Positions 17,648 to 26,117 of a DNA stretch of 32,000 bases are shown piece after piece. The notes under the pieces were generated by a model. That model worked only from the letters and a program-made list of their open reading frames with translations, searched no databases and was not told the DNA's origin. The stretch comes from an uncultured Chloroflexia bacterium (GTDB lineage Bacteria > Chloroflexota > Ktedonobacteria > Ktedonobacterales > JADMIN01). The DNA is taken from assembly GCA_963718915.1 (NCBI GenBank), contig CAVRAI010000015.1:930001-962000 (forward strand), read 5' to 3'. The stretch's first letter is position 1, and each line of letters starts with the position of its first letter. The translations under genes were made by a program, and so were the position numbers.

Positions 17648-19401
17648 TCACGCCTCGATGGCGTAGACATAGCCGTCGTCCGCGCCAACATAGACCAAGC
17701 CGTTCGCTGCCACAGGAGGGGATGCGCCGTCCAGGTACTCGTACATCAGGTTGCCGTTTACCTGGAAGGTCCATTGCTTCGCGCCCGTGGCAGGGTCGAA
17801 CGCGAAAACGTTGTTGTCAGCTTCAGAGACGTAGAGCACTCCATTGGCCACTGTCAACCTGGGTACTCCATCGCCACTAGCGCCATACTTCCAGCGCCGG
17901 GTGCCTGTCTGGGTATCAAGCCCATAGATAGATTCGTTGAATGCTTCCATGCCGACACAGACTACGCCGTTCACCACATATGGCATAGAAAATGTGGTGA
18001 GGATACCTGACGCCAACTGGGAACTCCACCGTTTAACGCCAGTCAATGCATCGAGCGCATAGAAATTCATATCTTCCGAGCCGAAGTACACCATCCCGTT
18101 AGCGATTGCTGGGGAATAAGTCCATACAGAGACTGAGTCATAGGGTATCGAAAAGATCCATCGCTGCGAGCCGGTGTTGGCGTCAATGGCGCATACCTCG
18201 TAATTCATTGTACAGGCGTAGACGACACCGTTCGCCACTGCTGGCACGTTATACGAGACTGGCTGTGTGCCAGTAGCGAAGGTCCATCGCTTCGTGCCGC
18301 GCTGAGCATCAAGCGCATAGAGGTTCCCATCGTTCGATTGGAGGTAGACGACGCCATTGGCCACGTAATGGCACTGGGTGCACTCTCATCCCCGCCGACG
18401 TGGTAACTCCATCGCTTGGTTCCAGCAGAAGCGTCGAGCGCGTAGAGCATTCCTCCACCGGTGCTGACATACACGACACCGTCCGCTACCGCAGGCTGGG
18501 AGACCCTGCCATCTGCCTGAAATGTCCAACGTCTGGCGCCGGTTTGTGCGTCGAGCGCACACACCCTGGAGACATCTGTGCCGACATAGACCATTCCGTT
18601 CGCCACAGCTGGCGCGGATGGTTTACCTCCCACTGGAGAGCGCCAACGCAGCCGAAATGTGCCGATAGCCTGAGCATGCGAATACCAGGCAAAACCGCCA
18701 ATAGCCGACGCTCCGACCACAGCAGCGCCCGCTCCTATCAGAAAATTGCGCCGTGATATTCCGCGTCTGGCAGGCGGCGCGGACTCGTCTGACTCCGTGG
18801 ATTTCTCTTGCGCTGGATCGTTTGCGCCAGGGGCTTTATGACTCGGACTCTTTGCCTGCTGATTGTCTGGCTGATCCTTCGGCACAGCATGGCCGCTGGG
18901 TTTTGCATCGTGGGCGGGAGCAGCAGATGGTTGCGGCGCAACAGGTTGCGGCTGAGGCGACGGGGGTATTGGCAGTACTGGCGGCGGAGCGGCTGGTGTC
19001 AGCATCAGCCCAAGCACGCGAGCGATGTTGGTAAGAGCAAACGCGTAGTCTTTGGTGGCGTCAATACGATTGTAAGTGGTCCACAGGGCAGGAATATCAT
19101 GGAGCGGAACCGGCCTCGCCAGCACAATGATCGGCGCTCGCATAAACCCCTGCTTATAGCGAACCAGCGCCGCATCCATCTCGTCGGGCACCCAGCGAGA
19201 AGTGAGCGCGTCCGGGGTCAGGACAAGCACCAGCACATCGCGCGCGTTGATCGCTTCATTGATTCTCTGGACGAAATTGCCTGAGCCGATGTGCGTCGCG
19301 TCTAGCCACACATCCGCCCCTGTGCTGCGTAGATCGTCCGCCAGCCGTTCGGCGAACGCTGAATCCACATTGGAATGGCTGATGAACACCCGTAGCGTCA
19401 T
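17648..19401 (-). pseudogene. TIR domain, Pro-rich linker, TM segment and 8-bladed PQQ-like beta-propeller protein, split by a 1-nt frame shift near 18364-18366
   Basis: Track ORFs 18205..19401 and 17648..18364. N-terminus RVFISHSNVDSAFAERLADDLRSTGADVWLD...LTSRWVPDEMDAAL is a TIR fold with the conserved Glu. Next come a Pro/Gln linker and RRGISRRNFLIGAGAAVVGASAIGGFAWY (TM segment). Eight ..P.VANG.VYV......YALDA..G..RW blades follow. The repeat pattern continues in another frame exactly at ...SAPSAIT|VANGVVYLQSNDGNLYALDAQ. Confidence 0.85.
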
Positions 19402-19520
19402 CGTAGTCTCACTCTCCCGATCTCCTATGCATTTGTGCCGACAAAGTCTATCGCAGTGCGACTAATCATAGCATACGAAGGGCGACAAGTATACCGCTGG
19501 ATAAGTGCTGCGACCGGGTA

Positions 19521-19540
19521 CAATACAACCGGGAGAAGTG
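19521..19540. repeat. Copy B of the 19/20-nt direct repeat caaTacaaccgggagaagtg
   Basis: Read directly. About 124 nt upstream of the TIR gene start (19401) on the minus strand, and just upstream of the -35 of the plus-strand promoter candidate. Confidence 0.8.
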
Positions 19541-19541
19541 T

Positions 19542-19570
19542 TTGACGGCCAGGAACGTTTGTGCTATTGT
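19542..19570 (+). promoter_or_regulatory. Candidate promoter for the DnaQ-UvrC-like gene
   Basis: TTGACG (19542-19547), N17 including an extended -10 TGc, then TATTGT (19565-19570). It lies ~40 nt before ATG 19612, which has a GAGGTGG Shine-Dalgarno. Confidence 0.5.
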
Positions 19571-19611
19571 CCGCCTACTACAACTCCCACTTGAATCAGC
19601 CGAGGTGGCCC

Positions 19612-21764
19612 ATGACGACGCCCGAAGAACGGAAGCTCAAGAGCTTTCAGCGCCTGATTGCGCCCTCAGCCGACGCCACCGATGATGTTGATGGCGAAGA
19701 TAGGGACGAGACAGACAATTCCGCCGACGATGCTATCCCCCAGCGACACCGCGAGTTGCTGAGGCGCGCGCGCGACGTGCTCCGCGAGCAGGGCAGTGCG
19801 ATGTCCGCGGCTGCTCTCGCCCAGCAGGTGTTTGCCACGGGCGAGGGAACTTCAGGGGGCGTCTGGATACCGCTACTCAACCAGTTGCTGAGCGCGTCTT
19901 CAGCCTTTGCCTGCGATAGCGCCGGAAACTGGCGGTTGACTGTGTGGGACGCCACGATACAGCGGCTCGAAGAGATCGAGTTTGTGGCGCTGGATGTGGA
20001 ATCCACCGGGCTGGCTCCCGGACGTCATCGGTTGCTGGAGGTCGGCGCTGTCATCGTACGTGGTGGCGAGCCGGGCGCGCACTTTCAGCGGCTTATCAAT
20101 CCCAGTCGGCGCATTCCCCAGTTCATTACGCGCTTCACTGGTATTAGCGAGGCGATGGTCAAGCGGGCGGGCAGCGCCGCCGTCGTCTTGCCGCGGCTGC
20201 ACGAGTTTGTGGACAGCCGCCCAATCGTTGGGCATAACATTGGCTTCGACCTTGGCTTCCTCAGCTATGAGACTCAGCATGCCTCACTCGACTTTGACTT
20301 CCCATTGGAAGGGATAGATACTATCGCGCTCGCACGTCGCTATCTGACCGGCATGCGACGCGCCAGCCTCGACCGTGTCGCCCTTGCCCTCCATCTGCCC
20401 ATTCACTCCCGCCACCGCGCCCTGCCCGATGCGTTGCTCACGGCGCAGGTGTTCGCGCTGCTGCTGGCGCGCGCCCGCGAGGAGGGCTGTGAGACGCTGG
20501 ATGATCTGCGCCAGGCGATCAGCGGCGTCGCTCCGGTACGGTCAAGCCTGCCCGCTGGTCGCCCGACTGGCAGCATGTATCTCAACCCCGCCTGGCGGCA
20601 GAACTTCCCCTCAAAGCCCGGCGTCTATCTGATGAAGGATGCCGATGGCGAGGTCATCTACGTCGGCAAGGCCAAAGTGTTACGTGATCGACTGGCATCC
20701 TACTACAATCAGCCGCTTGGCTACACGCGCAAGATGGACGGCCTGCTGCAGAGCGTGCAGCAGATTGAGACGCGCGTGCTTGGCTCGGAACTGGAGGCGC
20801 TATTGGTGGAGTCGCGGCTGATCAAAGAGCTACAGCCGCGTTATAACGTCCAGCTACGCAACTACGAGTTGTATCCTTTCATCAAGCTGGATATCCAGCA
20901 TCCGTATCCGCGCTTCTACGCCTCCCGCGATGTCAGCGCCGATGGCGCGCGCTACTTTGGCCCTTTTCGCAGCACGCGCATTGTCAACGCGACGCTGGAG
21001 CTTATTCAGAAAGTGTTTCCCATACGCACCTGCACTCGGAGCCTGCCGCCCGCCGCGAAGCCAAGCGATCCGTGTCTGCGCTATCACCTGAAACGCTGCC
21101 CCGGCCCCTGTCGCGGCGAGTTATCGGCGAGGCGGCGGAGGCCTATAACGAGGCGATTGCCGAGGCGTGCGCTTTTCTGGGCGGCGAGCGCGCCGATCTG
21201 ATTGACCGGCTGAAGCGCGAGATGTTCGAGGCGGCGGCACGCCAGGATTTCGAGCGGGCAGCGCGACTGCGCGACGCGCTCAAAGACGCCGATCAGGTGC
21301 TGCTGGGCCAGCGGTTGGTGACGGGCGCGGTCGAGTCGAATAATCTGCTGATCGTCTATCCCTCGGCAGAGCCGGATCATATCGAGATTTTTCTCATCCG
21401 CCATGGGCGGCTGCTGGCGCAACGGCGCGTCGGCCAGGCAGGCGACCCGGTTCGCGAGGAACTCCGCGCGCTGGTGGATGAGGCGGCGGCGCTGGGCACG
21501 CCACCCTCGCGGGTCGGACGCGCCGAGGTAGATCAGATCAACATCATTGCCCGGTGGATTTCACACCACAGCGAGGATGACGCCCGCGCATTCTTCCGGC
21601 TGCCGCGTGAGCTAGACAAACCTGATGAGGTTGAATCTTTCATCGCGCAGGTTGCGGAGACCGCGCTGACCAGCCTGATGGCGAGCAATGGCGAAGAATC
21701 CGATGGCGGCAATGGCGATAGTATCCTCAGCGAAAATCCAGATAGTGATGTGTCTGAGGTCTGA
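19612..21764 (+). pseudogene. DnaQ-type 3'-5' exonuclease fused to a UvrC N-terminal (GIY-YIG plus UVR) Cho-like nuclease, split by a 1-nt frame shift near 21118-21120
   Basis: Track ORFs 19561..21201 and 21072..21764. FVALDVESTGL...GHNIGFDLGFL...HRALPDALLTAQVF are DEDDh exonuclease motifs. GVYLMKDADGEVIYVGKAKVLRDRLASY...LEALLVESRLIKELQPRYN is GIY-YIG. CLRYHLKRCPGPCRGE then continues in the -1 frame as VIGEAAEAYNEAIAEACAFLGG...DFERAARLRDAL (UVR). There is no EndoV/HhH C-terminal half. Confidence 0.85.
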
Positions 21765-21822
21765 GCCATTGTGACTGCGTTGCGATGGCATCGCGGCGAC
21801 CGCCAGTAAGTGAGGCCAACCG

Positions 21823-22671
21823 ATGGATCACGACGAGGGCCGAATCTCGGTTGATGGCGGTTTGCTGCTCTATTATCAACGCTGGCGACCAGAGTCCACG
21901 GACACGCGGGCGGTTGTTGTCATGGTGCATGGCGACTTCGCGCACAGCGGCTGGTACATGAATCTGCCAGAGCACGAGACGCCACGTGGTTATGCGGTCT
22001 ACGCCTATGACCGCAGGGGGTGGGGACGCTCTTCTGGGCAACGTGGCTACATTCGTTCGTGGCATGAGAATCTTGGCGATTTAGATGCGTTCATGCATTT
22101 CGTGCACGCCGAAGAGCCGGGCCAACCTATCGTCTTGATGGGCCATACAGGAAGCAGCCCCATCGTCCTCGAATACGCTGTCCAGCAACCAGAAAACGTT
22201 CGGGCGGTATTCTGCGTCTCGCCCGTGCTTGATACATCGAGCGCTGTGCCTGCCCCACTGCACATGCTCCTCCATATGCTCGCGCGCATTGCGCCACGCC
22301 TCACCATCAACGTCCAGCGCAGGGTAGAGGCAGGCCTCAAATTGGTATCACGCGACCCGGTATTCGTGAAGTTCGCCCTCGAAGATCCCCTGAGCAACAG
22401 GAAGGTGACGCCACGCTGGCTGGTCGAGAGCGAGCTATTGATGCGCCGTGTGCGTGCCTCCGCCCCTCAATTACACGTTCCGCTATTGTTTCGGCTAGGC
22501 GGTGCGGATCGCACATCCCCTCAAGAAGTGTCCGACACATATTTTGAACAAGTGGGTACCACTGACAAAGCGCTGCGTGAATACCCTGATGCGCACACCA
22601 ATCTTCTTAGCGACACGATGTACGAACAGGCGCTGAGCGACATTGATACCTGGCTGGACAGACACGTTTAA
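21823..22671 (+). CDS. Alpha/beta hydrolase (lysophospholipase / monoacylglycerol-lipase-like) with an atypical nucleophile motif
   Basis: 282 aa. VVMVHGDFAHSGWY...YAYDRRGWGRSSG...PIVLMGHTGSSP...GGADRTSP...YPDAHTNLL. The nucleophile elbow reads G-H-T-G-S instead of G-H-S-x-G. Confidence 0.75.
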   Translation: MDHDEGRISVDGGLLLYYQRWRPESTDTRAVVVMVHGDFAHSGWYMNLPEHETPRGYAVYAYDRRGWGRSSGQRGYIRSWHENLGDLDAFMHFVHAEEPGQPIVLMGHTGSSPIVLEYAVQQPENVRAVFCVSPVLDTSSAVPAPLHMLLHMLARIAPRLTINVQRRVEAGLKLVSRDPVFVKFALEDPLSNRKVTPRWLVESELLMRRVRASAPQLHVPLLFRLGGADRTSPQEVSDTYFEQVGTTDKALREYPDAHTNLLSDTMYEQALSDIDTWLDRHV

Positions 22672-22689
22672 CGGAGAGGCGCGCACGAA

Positions 22690-23280
22690 TTAGTCGCGGG
22701 CGAGGGAGCGCAGCGCCTGCAAGATCAGGTCTTCGATATTGCCGCTGGCGTCTTCGGGTAGGGTGCGCACGGCGGCGGCGGCATCGGTTGCGGAGTAGCC
22801 CAGGCCGGTTAGCGCTTCGAGCACCTGCGCGCGTACATTGGGGCTGACGCCGGACATTACCGGCGCGCCGCCGAATCCAGCCTTCTCGAAACGCGGGCGA
22901 AGTTCCAGCACCAACCGGCTCGCCAGCTTGCGCCCGACTCCCGGCGCCACTGTCAGCCGCGTGACATCCTCGGCTAATACGGACTCGCGGAAGGTCTGTG
23001 ACGACATACTGGAGAGTAGCGCCAGCCCAATGCGTGGGCCAACGCCGCCTACGGCCAGCAGTTGCTCGAAGAGGTCGCGGTCATCGGTGGAGGCGAAGCC
23101 GTAGAGCGCGAGCGCATCCTCGCGCACCAGCAGCCAGGTGTGGAGTGTGATCTCCTCGCCAGTGTTGAGGCGACTCAGCACACTAAGTGGCGCGAAGATA
23201 CGCAGCGTGACGCCGCCCACGTTCACCAACGCGCTATCGAGCGTCTTGCCCGCGAGAATGCCACGAACCGCCGCGATCAT
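22690..23280 (-). CDS. ruvA: Holliday junction branch migration complex subunit RuvA
   Basis: MIAAVRGILAGKTLDSALVNVGGVTLRIFAP... and helix-hairpin-helix GVGPRIGLALLS/APGVGRKLASRL. ATG 23280 is preceded by AAGGAG; the track's upstream extension is rejected. Confidence 0.92.
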   Translation of the reverse strand: MIAAVRGILAGKTLDSALVNVGGVTLRIFAPLSVLSRLNTGEEITLHTWLLVREDALALYGFASTDDRDLFEQLLAVGGVGPRIGLALLSSMSSQTFRESVLAEDVTRLTVAPGVGRKLASRLVLELRPRFEKAGFGGAPVMSGVSPNVRAQVLEALTGLGYSATDAAAAVRTLPEDASGNIEDLILQALRSLARD

Positions 23281-23367
23281 GAATGCTCCTTTACGCTCTG
23301 TCGTCCATTTGCCCAACGTGGCCTGAAGGCCATGGCGAATTTCCATGCCCGAGTGATACGCCCATTC

Positions 23368-23389
23368 GCCGTAGCGTTTACGCTACGGC
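23368..23389 (-). other. 9-bp stem / 4-nt loop hairpin 20 nt after the ruvC stop (RNA structure, function unknown)
   Basis: gccgtagcg-ttta-cgctacggc read directly, with no U-tract. Two smaller hairpins (tggcc-tgaa-ggcca at 23319-23332; catgg...ccatg at 23331-23347) share the 128-nt ruvC-ruvA spacer. Confidence 0.35.
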
Positions 23390-23408
23390 CCGTCCACACC
23401 GAGCATCT

Positions 23409-23903
23409 TCACCCAAACCGAAACGTATTCAGATGGCAGATGGCGATGGCGGCGGCGTCCGCGGCGTCGTCGGGCTTGGGCACGGCGTCGAGCCGTAGCA
23501 GCACGCGCACCATCTCGCCGACCTGCTCTTTGGACGCCAGCCCATAGCCATGCACCGCCTGCTTGACCTGCATCGGCTTGTATTCGTGGACCGGGATGCC
23601 TGCCTGCGCCGCCACCAGCAGCGCGATGCCACGCGCCTGCCCGACGCTGACGGCGGTGGTGACGTTCTTGGCGAAGAATAGCTCTTCTACCGCCATGGTG
23701 GCAGGATCATGCTCACGCACGATCTCACGCAGTTCATCATAGATGCTGCTCAGCCGCTGGGGCATTTCCATAGTCTTTGGAGTTGTGACGACGCCACAGG
23801 CCAGCAGCCGTGGGTTTCCACCTTCCATCTCAACGATGGCGTAGCCCAGTCGCGCGGTACCCGGATCGATACCAACCGTCCGACGTACATCACCGCTCAT
23901 CAA
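23409..23903 (-). CDS. ruvC: Crossover junction endodeoxyribonuclease RuvC
   Basis: 164 aa. VGIDPGTARLGYAIVE...AVEELFFAKNVTTA...PDDAADAAAIAICH are the RuvC catalytic acidic motifs. Confidence 0.93.
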   Translation of the reverse strand: MMSGDVRRTVGIDPGTARLGYAIVEMEGGNPRLLACGVVTTPKTMEMPQRLSSIYDELREIVREHDPATMAVEELFFAKNVTTAVSVGQARGIALLVAAQAGIPVHEYKPMQVKQAVHGYGLASKEQVGEMVRVLLRLDAVPKPDDAADAAAIAICHLNTFRFG

Positions 23904-23932
23904 GACACTCCATCGCGGGCAGGCGTCGCGCG

Positions 23933-24694
23933 TTAGCCCTCATATTTTTCGGCGTACTCATCGGCGATGTCGGCGTTGGTATAGACCGTCTGCACATCGT
24001 CCAGGTCTTCGAGCCGGTCGATCAGCCGGAGTGTCTGTAGCGACGCCTTCTCGTCCAGCTCCACCTTGGTCTTGGGCCTGAGAACCGTCTCAGCGCGCGT
24101 CAGATTGAGCTTCTGCGCCTCGAGCGCCTTGCGCACGGTGTCGAGGTCGGACGGCTCGGTGTAGACCACCAGCGCCTCATCGCCATCTGTTGGCTCATCT
24201 ACATCCTGTGCTCCCGCGTCAATCGCCATCAGAGATAGCTCGTCGGGGTTGTGCCCTTCGAGCGCAATCTCGATAATGCCCGTCTGCTCGAAAATCCAGT
24301 CGACGCAGCCGGCCTCGCCAAGGTTGCCGCCGTTCTTACTCATGGCGTTGCGCACCTCGGCGACTGTGCGGTTGCGATTGTCGGTCATCGCCTGGATCAT
24401 GATCGCCGCGCCGCCAGGCGCATAGCCCTCGTAAACGATCTCGTCGAATGAGGCTCCGCCCTCGGCGCCAGTCGCGCGCTTGATGGTGCGTTCGATATTG
24501 TCCATTGGCATATTGGCGTCGCGCGCGCGCTGAATCGCCATGCGCAGCCGGAAGTTGGCGTCTGGATCGCCGCCGCCACCCTCACGTACTGCCACGACCA
24601 GTTCGCGGCCAAGACGCGTGAATAACGCGCCACGCCTCGAATCGTTGACGCCCTTCTGACGCCGAATCTGCTGCCACTTGGAGTGTCCAGACAT
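23933..24694 (-). CDS. yebC: YebC/PmpR family DNA-binding transcriptional regulator
   Basis: 253 aa. [50 protein letters not shown] is the family signature. Conserved yebC-ruvC-ruvA order. Confidence 0.93.
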   Translation of the reverse strand: [253 protein letters not shown]

Positions 24695-24933
24695 AAGTCC
24701 GCCGCCCTTCTTTCCAGGCTAATCCCGCGCAGCTTGCCCCTCAAGCTGCCCTTGCCCTACGACACGGTAGCCAACCGTACGACTTACCCCGTCTGCACGA
24801 CGCGAGACTGATATCACCACCCCATGCCTGGTTGATGTCCAGCATAGAGTTTAGCGCACTTTGAGCACGGCCTATTGTATCACCTGGCATGCGGAACGCG
24901 AAACTGCCCGCATCCTGTTATGGATCGATGGCT

Positions 24934-25329
24934 TCATGATGCGGCCATGTGAACGGCGGTTGCCATCAGGTGCTCCAGCATCGCCGTGGGATCGTGGCAC
25001 AGTCCGGCGTGGGCGGGCGAGGTCTGTATCACGGTGCTACGCGGCGAGACCAACCAGTGGAACCGCTCGCGCTGCGTCAGCTGCCCGATTGGCCCGGAAC
25101 CTGCCCCACCATGACAGATGCGCTGAATAGCCTCCAGATAGCTCGTGATCTCGGCAGGATTGGCGCCAGGCGCTAGCGCCAGCAGCCGCGCCTCATCCAG
25201 TGATATTCGCGCATCGAGGAATGACCGTGCGCGGCAATAGAGCATGATGCCGGCGTTGATGAACTCGCCGCGTTCTACATGCGGCACGACGCGAATGACC
25301 GCATATTCAAACGAGCTGCGTCCGCGCAT
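24934..25329 (-). CDS. DUF3037-like hypothetical protein (131 aa)
   Basis: MRGRSSFEYAVIRVVPHVERGEFINAGIMLYCRARSFLDARISLDE... resembles DUF3037 as I remember it. The ATG at 25329 is preceded by GAGGAGG-N6 and lies 23 nt inside the upstream kinase gene. The rest of the 272-aa track ORF is out-of-frame overlap with that gene. Confidence 0.7.
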   Translation of the reverse strand: MRGRSSFEYAVIRVVPHVERGEFINAGIMLYCRARSFLDARISLDEARLLALAPGANPAEITSYLEAIQRICHGGAGSGPIGQLTQRERFHWLVSPRSTVIQTSPAHAGLCHDPTAMLEHLMATAVHMAAS

Positions 25330-26089
25330 GCAGCGCCTCCTCGACGAAAAGCTCAGACGCATCCCGGCGCGCGGTAAGGTATCCCAGATAAGCGGCGCGC
25401 TGCTCGTCGGCGTTTCCAATGGCCGGATCATCGGCCAGCCAGTCGGTGGGAACCTCGGCGACGATATTGGCCAGTGTTTCATCGGACAGGCGCGCTCGCA
25501 GGGCCGCGTCCACCTCAGCCAGTCGCGTTGCCCACTGAAGCAACACATGGTTGTGGATCGTGGGGAATGGCCGTTCCCGCTGCAGTGTCGCCCGATCCCA
25601 GGCATGGTGAAAATAGAACGACGCGCCATGGTCGATGAGCCAGAGCCTGCCATGCCAGGACAGGATATTGGGGTTGCGCGCGGTGCGGTCAGGATTGGTG
25701 ATATAGGCGTCGAACCAGACGATTCCCGACGCGAGTACTGGGTCAATCTCACGGGACACCGTTGGATCGAACATGAACGATCCCGGCAGATAGTCCAGCG
25801 CGAGGTTGAGTCCCACGCTCGCTTTCATGGGAATCTGAATTTCAGGGTCGCGTTCGGCGCGCCCAAACGCCTCATCAAGCTCGACGAAGACCAGTTCAGG
25901 AACAGGAAGACCAAGCGCTCGCCCGATCTCGCCGCCAAGTAGCTCCGCCACTAACGCCTTCGGCCCCTGGCCCGCGCCACGAAACTTGACGACGTACATG
26001 CCCTCGTCGTCCGCCTCGATAATCGCTGGCACCGAGCCGCCCTCCCGCAACGGCTCCACGTAGCGGGTTGCGATCACCGTCCGTAACAT
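25307..26089 (-). CDS. Short HipA-like / PI3-4-kinase-fold protein kinase (260 aa)
   Basis: MLRTVIATRYVEPLREGGSVPAIIEADDEGMYVVKFRGAGQGPKALVAELL...AYITNPDRTARNPNILSWHGRLWLIDHGASFYFHH. This gives a Gly-rich loop with Lys, a D-x-x-x-x-N catalytic loop and D-H-G. Start uncertain: ATG 26089 has no Shine-Dalgarno. The in-frame ATG 26152 overlaps the SARP stop as TGATG. Confidence 0.7.
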   Translation of the reverse strand: MLRTVIATRYVEPLREGGSVPAIIEADDEGMYVVKFRGAGQGPKALVAELLGGEIGRALGLPVPELVFVELDEAFGRAERDPEIQIPMKASVGLNLALDYLPGSFMFDPTVSREIDPVLASGIVWFDAYITNPDRTARNPNILSWHGRLWLIDHGASFYFHHAWDRATLQRERPFPTIHNHVLLQWATRLAEVDAALRARLSDETLANIVAEVPTDWLADDPAIGNADEQRAAYLGYLTARRDASELFVEEALHARTQLV

Positions 26090-26117
26090 GAAGTAACCTG
26101 TTCTAATGCTGAACTGC

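Noticed and set aside
17598-19540. TIR gene as part of a recognisable mobile element
   Set aside because: No integrase, transposase, recombinase, tRNA target or terminal inverted repeats are visible. Only the 19/20-nt direct repeat and lower GC are present. These are reported as a finding but are insufficient to call a mobile element.
19538-19594. 18-codon GTG-initiated uORF (MFDGQERLCYCPPTTTPT) starting inside repeat copy B, behind gggaga
   Set aside because: It overlaps the better-supported promoter (-35/-10 at 19542-19570) of the downstream gene, so it would lie largely upstream of the transcript start. There is no conservation evidence. The equivalent GTG in copy A opens a 131-aa ORF (17615..18010) that is antisense to the propeller gene.
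24728-24752. 8-bp inverted repeat gcagcttg-ccct-caagctgc in the yebC leader / downstream of the DUF3037 gene
   Set aside because: It has no U-tract on either strand and lies ~180 nt from the DUF3037 stop. It could be a leader structure or an operator, but nothing else supports a specific call.
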